From the NCBI GenBank assembly GCA_013306035.1, contig JABUBF010000006.1, forward strand, positions 30,001 to 62,000: a stretch of DNA of 32,000 bases, in the 5' to 3' direction. The stretch comes from Nitrososphaerota archaeon (GTDB lineage: Archaea; Thermoproteota; Nitrososphaeria; Nitrososphaerales; UBA57). Below are positions 24,203 through 32,000 of the stretch, in pieces (the stretch's first letter is position 1; every line of letters begins with the position of its first letter). The notes below the pieces were generated by a model. That model was not told the origin of the DNA, searched no databases, and saw only the letters and a program-made list of their open reading frames with translations. The translations under genes and the position numbers were made by a program.

Positions 24203-24630
24203 ATATCTAGTATCATTGTGGCTTTCCATCTACTATCTTCTTTTGTTAAACTAAATTTGTGTAGTGTTACCGCTTTTACATCTGCACATAGCTCGTGTTT
24301 TTTATAATCAATATGTTCTCCTTTTGCTACTGCATATAACTCATATTTCCCATCTAATTCTTTAATATTAATCTTAAATTCACTAAATATTAGTTGATTT
24401 GCATCTTTTTCTATCACTAATTGTTCTAAAAATTCAAATAATAACATATCTATTTCTTTTGATTCAACTTTGAATTCTACTTCTTTCTTAATGTCTACAC
24501 TTTCTAAATTATCAACCATTGTATTTGTTAACGCTTTTCCTGAATCAATAAAAATTCCTTCTAATGAATCTGAATAAACCTCTATTGCGGCATCGGCTAT
24601 TGATATATCGTCTTTATATATATAAGGCAA
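24199..24630 (-). CDS. Archease (RtcB activator)
   Basis: A 143-aa protein. The N-terminal ADAAIEVYSDSLEGIF matches the archease ADi...a.G.sLeelF motif. The C-terminal part carries VKAVTLHKF...W.A..ILDI. It lies immediately downstream of rtcB. Confidence 0.85.
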   Translation of the reverse strand: MPYIYKDDISIADAAIEVYSDSLEGIFIDSGKALTNTMVDNLESVDIKKEVEFKVESKEIDMLLFEFLEQLVIEKDANQLIFSEFKINIKELDGKYELYAVAKGEHIDYKKHELCADVKAVTLHKFSLTKEDSRWKATMILDI

Positions 24631-24632
24631 TA

Positions 24633-26093
24633 TTATCCCTTGACATTGCCTATAGGGATAAATCTTACTACACGTTTTGAGATTTTTGCATTTACTGTTG
24701 CATCTACTACATCATCAATATTTTTATACGCATCTCCAGCTTCTTCCGCAAGTCCTGTATATGAAACTGATTTAACATAAATCCCTTTTTTTAACATATT
24801 TTTATACAATGTCTCTCCTCTAAACATTCTCCTTGCTTTAGTTCTACTCATAATTCTTCCACTTCCATGTGCAGTACTAGCAAATGTTTCTTTATGCGCT
24901 TCTTTTGTCCCCATTAAAAGATATGATCCTGTTTCCATACTTCCTCCAATAATTACAGGTTGACCTATGTTCCTGTATTTTAATGGAATCTCTGATCTTC
25001 CAGGACCAAATGCACGTGTTGCTCCTTTTCTATGAATTATCATCTTTCTATTCTTTCCATCAACTTCATGCTCCTCAACTTTTGCTGTGTTGTGAGCTAC
25101 ATCATAAACCATTGATAGACCTAATTTCTCTGGTTCAGTTTTGAATACTGTTGAAAACACCTCTCTAATTCTGTGTAAAATAGTTTGTCTATTTACAAAT
25201 GACATATTTATTGCACATTGCATGGCGGAAAAATAGTCCTGACCTTCTTGTGATTGAAATGGAGCACATGCAAGTTCTCTATCTAGAATTTTTATATTAT
25301 ATTTACTTTCCATTACCCCGAGAAATTTTTTTAGATAATCTGTCGCAACTTGATGACCAAATCCTCTACTTCCACAATGGAACATAATTACTACTTGATT
25401 TGGAAATATTCCTACTGTCTTTGCGACTTTTTCATCAAATATGTATTCTGGTTTTACTACTTGTATCTCAAGATAATGATTTCCTGATCCTAGTGTTCCT
25501 ATTTGTTTTAATCCTCTTTTTATTGCTACATCACTGACCTTTTCTGCACTAGCACCTTTCATTATGCCACTTTCTTCTGTATTTTCTAGATCTTCTTCCC
25601 AACCATATCCATTTTCCACACACCATGTAGATCCCATCTCTGTTATGTCTCTGAATTCTGATTTGTTAATTTTTACAAATCCTGCTCCTCCTACTCCTGC
25701 AGGAACTTTGTTATATAATTGATCAACAAGTTCTCTAAGTTTTGGCTTGACATCGTTATGTGTTAAATTTGTTAAAACTAATCTCATTCCACAATTAATA
25801 TCAAATCCTATTCCACCGGGAGAAATTACACCTTCTTTCAAATCCATTGCTGCCACTCCTCCTATAGGAAAACCGTATCCACTATGCGCATCAGGCATTG
25901 TGTATGCATAATTAATTATTCCCGGTAAAGTTGCTACATTAGTGATTTGATCAATAACTTGGTAGTCCATTAATTTTAATAATTGTTTTGTTGCATAAAT
26001 TCGAACAGGGACGTTCATACCTTGTTTATAATCAACCGGTATCTCCCAAATCGTATCTGATTTCTTTTTCACTATATTAATAATATCATTCAT
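24633..26093 (-). CDS. rtcB: RtcB RNA 3'-phosphate ligase (tRNA-splicing ligase)
   Basis: A 486-aa protein. Motifs are MPDAHSGYGFPIGGV, GFDINCGMR, GSGNHYLE, HCGSRGFGHQ and AHGSGR. Confidence 0.95.
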   Translation of the reverse strand: MNDIINIVKKKSDTIWEIPVDYKQGMNVPVRIYATKQLLKLMDYQVIDQITNVATLPGIINYAYTMPDAHSGYGFPIGGVAAMDLKEGVISPGGIGFDINCGMRLVLTNLTHNDVKPKLRELVDQLYNKVPAGVGGAGFVKINKSEFRDITEMGSTWCVENGYGWEEDLENTEESGIMKGASAEKVSDVAIKRGLKQIGTLGSGNHYLEIQVVKPEYIFDEKVAKTVGIFPNQVVIMFHCGSRGFGHQVATDYLKKFLGVMESKYNIKILDRELACAPFQSQEGQDYFSAMQCAINMSFVNRQTILHRIREVFSTVFKTEPEKLGLSMVYDVAHNTAKVEEHEVDGKNRKMIIHRKGATRAFGPGRSEIPLKYRNIGQPVIIGGSMETGSYLLMGTKEAHKETFASTAHGSGRIMSRTKARRMFRGETLYKNMLKKGIYVKSVSYTGLAEEAGDAYKNIDDVVDATVNAKISKRVVRFIPIGNVKG

Positions 26094-26139
26094 GTTCTTT
26101 CTATCTTAATTTATTAAAATGCTATTTAATTATATCATA

Positions 26140-26400
26140 ATGGACAGTAATCATCTTATTATTCATATAAATGTAAAAACCGGTCTTCAAGATAATTATC
26201 TAAAATTCGAAGACGGACAAATTATTCTTGGTATAAAATCTCTTCCACTAAAGAATAAAGCAAATCTTGAAGTAATAAAAATACTTTCTAAACTTTTTCG
26301 TGTAGATGATGTTGATGTTATAATCATTAAGGGTATGTCAAATAATATAAAAACTATAAAAATTATTGATCCTAAATTTATTCCTAATGAAATACTGTAG
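26140..26400 (+). CDS. DUF167 / YggU-like (UPF0235) small protein
   Basis: The pattern IHINVKTG.......GQIILGIKSLPLKNKANLEVIKILSKLFRV....V.IIKGMSNNIKTIKI matches the DUF167 signature (a.P..GkAN..li.fLak.l.v....v.i..G..sr.K). An upstream ATG at 26119 is an alternative start. Confidence 0.65.
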   Translation: MDSNHLIIHINVKTGLQDNYLKFEDGQIILGIKSLPLKNKANLEVIKILSKLFRVDDVDVIIIKGMSNNIKTIKIIDPKFIPNEIL

Positions 26401-26403
26401 TTA

Positions 26404-27162
26404 TTAATTAATATATTGAGAACTATTATCTCTATTGGAATATTCTATTCCTTCTGTTTTTGATTTCATGCCTTCTACTTGATTCATTAATTCATTTGAT
26501 TCATTTATTTTATCTGTTAATTTTTCTAGATTTATCTCCATTTTTAATATTTTATTTAATGATTCTAAAACAGCTCTTGCTGAATTTGGGTCAATCATAT
26601 ATCCTGATGTCTCACCTAATAATGAATATCCTTCTATGTCTCTGATTTTTGCAGTTCCAATTAATATTCCATTCATTCCAGTTATCATTCCTTGATTCAT
26701 GATGTTGATTCCATACTTCTTTAATGTTTTAACATGTTTCTTTTTTGTCGCTGCTCCAAAAACCCTTGGTTCCTTCACAAATTCTCCTGTTATATATGCT
26801 GCCAGAGTAAATATCTTTTTTATACCTAAATTTTGCGCATATTCTAGAATTTTTTCGGTAACAATATAATTTCCACGTTCAGTAATTGGCTGTGTATCAC
26901 CTGTTAAAATTAATATGTCATTTTTTGGTTTTTTTGTTTCTATATGATAAATCGTATTTGACATATTTTTTATTATTCCATTGTTTGTAGATATTTGTGG
27001 TGGAAATAAATCACTTTGTATTTCACATATTGTAGTCGCTTCATACTCATTTAACAGATGATCTACTGCCAATTTTCCTACATATCCACTACCTGGTATT
27101 CCACAAATTAATATTGGATTGACGAATTTTCTCTTTTTCAATGTTTTTATTCTAATATCCAT
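26404..27162 (-). CDS. PAC2-family proteasome assembly chaperone (PbaA/PbaB-like, COG1938)
   Basis: The N-terminus NPILICGIPGSGYVGKLAVDHL, followed by SDLFPPQ, is typical of the archaeal PAC2 family. Size is 252 aa. Confidence 0.65.
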   Translation of the reverse strand: MDIRIKTLKKRKFVNPILICGIPGSGYVGKLAVDHLLNEYEATTICEIQSDLFPPQISTNNGIIKNMSNTIYHIETKKPKNDILILTGDTQPITERGNYIVTEKILEYAQNLGIKKIFTLAAYITGEFVKEPRVFGAATKKKHVKTLKKYGINIMNQGMITGMNGILIGTAKIRDIEGYSLLGETSGYMIDPNSARAVLESLNKILKMEINLEKLTDKINESNELMNQVEGMKSKTEGIEYSNRDNSSQYIN

Positions 27163-27216
27163 CTAACGATTATTTCTTTGGTCTGATTTATTAAGAACTT
27201 TTCTGACATTATTATT

Positions 27217-29604
27217 GTGTCAACTAAATCTGTTCAAGAAGTATCTACATTCGTTCGTATGCCTAAACCTAAGCAGAAAGAGTTTTGGGACAACCGACGT
27301 ATAGAACATCTCCGTGAATTAGCTACTACCGGAAAAGCCGCATATTTGTGGGAAAACCATTCAGATAGTTCTCGAATATTGGACCGTCTTGCTTTTTCTG
27401 CTATAGATCCACAGAAATCTAATGATGAATTTAAGGAAATCCATAATGATTCGTCTTTGATCAAAAATATCGATACTACTACAAAATTGGCATATGGAAG
27501 AATTAGTTTGTCTGCTCCGTTATATTTAGGAGATATGTCGTTTGGTGCATTGAGTGGAATTCCTAATATTGCATTAGCACGTGCTTCTGATGCAACTGGC
27601 GTTATTAATGGAACTGGAGAAGGTGGATTACATCCTGATGTCGCGACTTGTAAAAATATAACTGTTCAATGGGCTTCAGGAAGATTTGGTGTAGATATTG
27701 ACGTATTAAAAACTGGACAAGGAATTGTAATTAAAATTGGACAAGGTGCAAAACCTGGTATTGGTGGACACTTACCTGGCTCCAAAGTTACAGGTCCAAT
27801 TTCTCGTGCTCGTAGAATTCCTATTGGAAAAGACGCAGTATCTCCAGCTCCACATCATGATATTTATTCTATAGAAGATTTAGGTCAAAGAATTTGGGCT
27901 TTGAAAGAAGCTACTGGTAAACCTGTTTTTGTTAAGATTGGTTGTACAAATTATGTTCCATATATTGCATCTGGTGTTGCAAGTATGGGTGCTGACGGAA
28001 TTATAATTGATGGTTCTGGCGCAGGTACTGGTGCTGCCCCATCTGTGATTCGTGATAATGTTGGACTTCCTATTGATTTAGTTGTTTCATGGGTTGATCG
28101 TATCTTGACAAAACAAAATCTCCGTAATGGATTTTCTGTTATTGCCGCAGGTGGAGTAAGTAACGCAGAAGATACCGCTAAATTATTAGCTTTAGGAGCA
28201 GATTGTGTTAGTACAGGAACTGCCACATTAGTTGGTTTAGGTTGTTTAATGGTACATAAATGTCATATTGGTTTTTGTCCTGCACTTCTTACAAATAAAC
28301 TCGTCGACGATCCTACAAAAGTTCTTTCACTTGACAAATCAGTAGAATGGACCTCTAAAATGATCTTTGGTTGGATTGAGGAATTCAAATGGATTTTACG
28401 AGAATTGAATCTTAACTCTGTATCTGAATTAGTTGGAAGACGAGATTTACTTCGTGGTTACAACATGCACGAAGAAACCGCAGATATTTTAGGTGTAGAA
28501 CTTGATCATTCCTCTAAATCATTAGTTGGCCCTCAACCTATACAAAAACAAATACCTGAAGATGAATATTGGACTCCTATTTTACAAGGAGAACTTCGTG
28601 AATTATCTGGCAGTGCCGGTCGTAATCCTGGAGAAGCAGTAATTACAAGTATGGGAACTATCACTGCTCCTTTTGTAGCTCAACCTCGTTCTGTATGTGA
28701 TTGGATTCGTTCCGATGGCGCTCAAGTTACTCGTCCAAGTATTGATCCTTATAGAGAAGAAATCGAAACATCTACTTATTTAGCTAATGGAGATATTAGA
28801 TTGTCTAATCCGATTTATCTTGGTCGACTTAATGAAGAAGGTTCAATACAAAATATCTTCTCTGAAGTATCTTCTTCTATGGGTCTATTGTATAATTCTC
28901 AGAAATTAATCGATGCATCCAAAACATCATTGAATTCATCTTTATTGATCCCCTATTCTGAATTTTTAAATAATGATAAATCTGGAGTAAAATGTATAAC
29001 TGTCGATTACAACGAAATCGATAAAATCGAAAAATTATCTGAGTATGATGTACATATTATGGTTAGATTTCCATCAAATGAACAAACAATTAAGTCGATT
29101 TCATCTATAATTGACAAAAATATATCTGGAATAATTATTGATTGGGATCTAGATAAAAATAATGATACACTTGATCTTGCTATTTGTACTTCTGAAGTTG
29201 ATAATATCCTGAGAAATACTCCATTTAAAACAAGTATTGCTAGAAATAAAATTAATCTATTAGTTGAGGGAAGTCGTATTCGTGGAGCTGCCGATATATT
29301 CAAATTAATTGGATTAGGTGCAGATGCCGCTGGAATAAGTAAAGCTGCATTATTATCTATAAATTATGATCCAAAGAAGTTTCGTAATGATAGTAATGAA
29401 TCTAATTTTGACCAAGATAAAACAAGAGAAAAATTAGAATATACCATTTTGGCATTACAAAAAGAAATAAAATTATTAGCAGGTGCAGCAGGAATTAGTT
29501 CTATTCAAAATTCATTATTAGGTAATCGAGAATTATTCCGTTCAGTTGATTTGGATCCACTGATAAGAAAAAGACTTGGAATAAAAGCAGGTGGGGCTCT
29601 TTGA
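27217..29604 (+). CDS. gltB: Glutamate synthase-like FMN/[3Fe-4S] domain protein (archaeal GltB domain-2 type) with an extra C-terminal barrel-like domain of about 300 aa
   Basis: GltS FMN-domain motifs are PLYLGDMSFGALS, NGTGEGG, IKIGQGAKPGIGGHLPG, SPAPHHDIYSIEDL and DGSGAGTGAAP. The Cx5Cx4C cluster motif is CLMVHKCHIGFC (Cys codons at 28243, 28261 and 28276). The GTG start at 27217 is uncertain; the next ATG is at 27259. Confidence 0.8.
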   Translation: MSTKSVQEVSTFVRMPKPKQKEFWDNRRIEHLRELATTGKAAYLWENHSDSSRILDRLAFSAIDPQKSNDEFKEIHNDSSLIKNIDTTTKLAYGRISLSAPLYLGDMSFGALSGIPNIALARASDATGVINGTGEGGLHPDVATCKNITVQWASGRFGVDIDVLKTGQGIVIKIGQGAKPGIGGHLPGSKVTGPISRARRIPIGKDAVSPAPHHDIYSIEDLGQRIWALKEATGKPVFVKIGCTNYVPYIASGVASMGADGIIIDGSGAGTGAAPSVIRDNVGLPIDLVVSWVDRILTKQNLRNGFSVIAAGGVSNAEDTAKLLALGADCVSTGTATLVGLGCLMVHKCHIGFCPALLTNKLVDDPTKVLSLDKSVEWTSKMIFGWIEEFKWILRELNLNSVSELVGRRDLLRGYNMHEETADILGVELDHSSKSLVGPQPIQKQIPEDEYWTPILQGELRELSGSAGRNPGEAVITSMGTITAPFVAQPRSVCDWIRSDGAQVTRPSIDPYREEIETSTYLANGDIRLSNPIYLGRLNEEGSIQNIFSEVSSSMGLLYNSQKLIDASKTSLNSSLLIPYSEFLNNDKSGVKCITVDYNEIDKIEKLSEYDVHIMVRFPSNEQTIKSISSIIDKNISGIIIDWDLDKNNDTLDLAICTSEVDNILRNTPFKTSIARNKINLLVEGSRIRGAADIFKLIGLGADAAGISKAALLSINYDPKKFRNDSNESNFDQDKTREKLEYTILALQKEIKLLAGAAGISSIQNSLLGNRELFRSVDLDPLIRKRLGIKAGGAL

Positions 29605-31718
29605 ACGATTCAAAATTAGTAAGCAAAGATGATTGCGGTGTATTTGCAATACTCAAGAAAAAACACGCTAAAAAAATTTCTAATCAAGTTGCAGTTGATG
29701 GTATTGAATGTGTTAGATTTAGAGGTAGTAAATTTGGCGCTGGTTTCGCATCTTTTAATCTTGAAAATTCTAATCAAGAGTTTTTATTGAGTATATTTGT
29801 AGAAAATGAAAACACATTTGATGAAATTAAAGATATTCTTAATGGTTACAATTTCTCAATTCATGATATTAAATCTAAAAAAATTACTGCTTCTGAATTA
29901 TCGCTTGATATATCATTAATTGTAAAAACTTCTGATTCTGTTAAATTATCTAATGTTGTTAATCAAATTAATTATAAATTTTCAATTCCTAACTATCGAG
30001 CCAGGATCTATTCATCAGGCAATTATGTTAATGTGTATAAAGACATTGGATATCCATCTGACGTAGCACGTTCTACTGGTCTTATTGATTCTAACTCAAG
30101 TGCTGATTTATGGATTGCTCATACTCGCCAACCTACTAATTCTCCTGGTTCTTCTGCAATTTGGTGCCACCCATTTTCTAATTCAAATACTGCAATTGTT
30201 CATAATGGTGATATTAGTTCTTTTGGATCTAACATGAATTTTCTTCAATATCGCGGTGTTACAAATTTAGTTGGAACTGATAGTGAAGTAATTGCATTTA
30301 TCGTTGATTACCTTGCTCGTATTGAGAATTTATCTATGGAAGACATTGGTTTAATTTTATCTAATCCTTATGATCGTTTTCTCTATCGATTAGGAGATGA
30401 AAAAACAAATTACATTCGTAATTTATTGTATCATTATCGAGGTGCTGAATTAGATGGTCCATTTACAATATTTATTGGTTATTCTGATGGTGATGATGTA
30501 TACCTCTTAGCAGTTATTGACCGATCAAAATTTCGACCTGTAGTCATCGGCGAAGATGAAGATAATATCTATATGGCTAGTGAAGAATGTCAGATACGAA
30601 TGTTATCTCCAAAAGCTAATATTTGGACTCCACAACCTGGACGATTTGTCTTTGCTTCAATGAATAAAGGAATAATTGAATCAGGTCGTGATTCTAACAT
30701 AATTGATTCTGTCAAGAGTTCTGATTTAATAGAGATTGATTCTTCACATAATAGCTCTGCGAATATTATTGATTCAAACAAACTTTCTTCTTATGAATTG
30801 AACACCCATATTAAATCCATTCTTAGTAGTGGTCCAAAATCAATTAATTTGATGAACGTCAGTGGCCAAAGATACCTCGGCGTAAATCTTCCAAAGAATT
30901 CTGAATTGAATATTTATGGAACTCCTGGAAATTGTCTTGCAAATTTTAACAAAGGCACAAATATCAATGTTTATGGAAGTGCCGAAGATAACGTTGCCGA
31001 TACCATGTACGAAGGAAAAATCAAAATTCACGGTAATACACGTGATGTGATAGGATATGCATTACAAGGAGGCCAAATATTTGTTCGCGGTAATGTTGGA
31101 AATCGAGCATTCATCTTAATGAGAGAATATGAAGAGAGTCGTCCTGTGGTTATTGTTGGTAATCGTGCCGACGACTATTTCTGTGAATATATGTCTGGCG
31201 GTCTTGCACTTGTTCTTGGAATTGATTCTCTTGATTCATCAAAATCAGAACAATTAGTCGGTAATTTTCTTGCAACTGGCATGTTACGTGGATTAATATA
31301 CGTTCGTGGAAAAGTTGATTCTGATTCTATTGGTTTAAACCCACCTAGAGAAGATATAATAAATTATTTGTCTTATATGAATTATAAAGGAATTATTGAT
31401 GATCAATTATTTGAAAAACTTTCTATTGCATCTGACATAAATCTTAATATATTAAAATTAGAACTCTCAGAACAGGCATTTGAATCAATTAATAAATTAT
31501 TCTCAAGTAAATATAGTGTTAATCTTGATATCGAATATCGTAAACTTGATGACTCTGATCTTGAATTACTAAACCCATATCTGAAAGAATTTACTTCTGA
31601 TTTTAATATTTCAAATGATATATTAAATAAACTTGTTAATTCTGATTATACAATTATAAAATCTATTGATAAATTTAATGATTCAAAAGTTCCTAAAGTA
31701 ACCGTTGTAGAAGAATAA
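29601..31718 (+). CDS. gltB: Glutamate synthase-like class II (Ntn) glutamine amidotransferase fused to a GXGXG beta-helix domain (archaeal GltB domains 1 + 3)
   Basis: The N-terminal half has the CGVFAIL nucleophile context (Cys codon 29634-29636), plus AHTRQPTNSP, VHNGDISSF and GTDSEVIAF. The C-terminal half has GXGXG repeats (YGTPGNCLANFNKGTNINVYGSAEDNVADTMYEGKIKIHGNTRDVIGYALQGGQIFVRGNVGNRA). The TTG start at 29601 overlaps the upstream stop by 4 nt. Confidence 0.8.
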   Translation: MNDSKLVSKDDCGVFAILKKKHAKKISNQVAVDGIECVRFRGSKFGAGFASFNLENSNQEFLLSIFVENENTFDEIKDILNGYNFSIHDIKSKKITASELSLDISLIVKTSDSVKLSNVVNQINYKFSIPNYRARIYSSGNYVNVYKDIGYPSDVARSTGLIDSNSSADLWIAHTRQPTNSPGSSAIWCHPFSNSNTAIVHNGDISSFGSNMNFLQYRGVTNLVGTDSEVIAFIVDYLARIENLSMEDIGLILSNPYDRFLYRLGDEKTNYIRNLLYHYRGAELDGPFTIFIGYSDGDDVYLLAVIDRSKFRPVVIGEDEDNIYMASEECQIRMLSPKANIWTPQPGRFVFASMNKGIIESGRDSNIIDSVKSSDLIEIDSSHNSSANIIDSNKLSSYELNTHIKSILSSGPKSINLMNVSGQRYLGVNLPKNSELNIYGTPGNCLANFNKGTNINVYGSAEDNVADTMYEGKIKIHGNTRDVIGYALQGGQIFVRGNVGNRAFILMREYEESRPVVIVGNRADDYFCEYMSGGLALVLGIDSLDSSKSEQLVGNFLATGMLRGLIYVRGKVDSDSIGLNPPREDIINYLSYMNYKGIIDDQLFEKLSIASDINLNILKLELSEQAFESINKLFSSKYSVNLDIEYRKLDDSDLELLNPYLKEFTSDFNISNDILNKLVNSDYTIIKSIDKFNDSKVPKVTVVEE

Positions 31719-32000
31719 CTATTCTCTTTTACTTAGTTTATCTGATAATGAAGTCATTTTCCCATCTTTTGATACTGAAATTGACGTAGGTACTGTAATT
31801 CTTAATCCTGCATTTCGAAATACTGATAATAACTCGCCTCCAGAAATAGAACTCTGAATTTTACCATTCTTTATTAACTCAATTAATTGATTAACGATGA
31901 TTTCTGTTTCTTTTGGATAATAAGTTTCAGCAATTTTTAGCACTTCATCTCCCCTATCGACTAGTCTAGACAAAAGAATTTCTTTTGGGTCATCTTGTTT
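31719..32000 (-). CDS. PDCD5/TFAR19-like double-stranded DNA-binding protein (COG2118), partial; the 5' end lies outside the window
   Basis: The reading frame stays open upstream of the track start through the window edge (KQDDPKEILLSRLVDRGDEVLKIAETYYPKETEIIVNQLIELIKNGKIQSSISGGELLSVF). This matches the family pattern iL.qiL..eA.eRL..i....pe.a..ve..li.la..G.i...i....l..ll. Confidence 0.55.
   Translation of the reverse strand, partial: KQDDPKEILLSRLVDRGDEVLKIAETYYPKETEIIVNQLIELIKNGKIQSSISGGELLSVFRNAGLRITVPTSISVSKDGKMTSLSDKLSKRE

Noticed and set aside
680-31031. About 35 ORFs of 60-146 aa in the six-frame track lie antisense to, or in an alternative frame within, long conserved genes. Examples: 680-934, 1596-1847, 2639-3091, 3656-3976, 7383-7637, 8938-9247, 9455-10025, 10122-10859, 11401-11841, 12066-12272, 16114-16406, 17291-17512, 19539-19829, 21195-21903, 23199-23827, 25199-25387, 26460-26645, 27234-27464, 27951-28226, 29007-29303 and 30590-31031.
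   Set aside because: Each is fully embedded in a gene with clear family motifs on the other strand or frame. Their translations are low-complexity (rich in S, I, L and F) with no recognisable motifs. Such shadow ORFs are expected in AT-rich DNA with few stop codons on the antisense strand.
1-32000. CRISPR arrays, rRNA genes, IS elements and toxin-antitoxin or other defence modules.
   Set aside because: No regularly spaced direct repeats were seen, and no rRNA-like conserved blocks. No ORF carries transposase, integrase, Cas or typical defence-nuclease/ATPase signatures. Virtually all sequence is accounted for by the genes listed.

Overview
This is an AT-rich, very gene-dense archaeal chromosomal segment with about 36 protein genes and 4 tRNA genes. 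Intergenic gaps are mostly under 120 nt. I saw no rRNA, CRISPR array, transposase or integrase.

The content is almost entirely information-processing housekeeping:
- **RNA processing:** an exosome superoperon on the minus strand (SBDS, Rrp4, Rrp41, Rrp42, eL43, Pcc1-like, prefoldin beta) runs straight into an ECF transporter module (EcfA, EcfA, EcfT).
- **Replication and repair:** RFC small subunit, GINS, MCM, Hel308 and an Hjc-like nuclease.
- **tRNA maturation:** RNase Z, CCA-adding enzyme, a Trm11/Trm-G10-like methyltransferase, and RtcB with archease.
- **Flavin cofactors:** an HTH-fused CTP-dependent riboflavin kinase (RbkR type) lies convergent with an HTH-fused RibL FAD synthetase.
- **Other:** diphthine synthase, PRPP synthetase, a carbon-nitrogen hydrolase, a PAC2-type proteasome chaperone, the 3' end of an Amt ammonium transporter, and a two-gene archaeal-type glutamate-synthase-like module.

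Low GC, Amt, an RbkR-type regulator and many non-canonical tRNA introns fit a Nitrosopumilales-like thaumarchaeon. That is inference only and needs a database search.

The most unusual observations, all read by eye:
1. All four tRNA genes are interrupted by 2-3 short insertions, mostly at non-canonical positions. In one of them (tRNA-Lys UUU) no single excision restores a canonical T loop.
2. An unannotated 56-codon double-CxxC zinc-ribbon ORF lies in frame directly behind the rfcS stop codon.
3. The glutamate-synthase-like pair has rearranged and extended domain architecture.
4. There are fusions of a wHTH to RibL and of a DUF357-like domain to diphthine synthase.

I found no clear self-contained novel system such as a defence island. 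The window looks like core genome with several atypical details.
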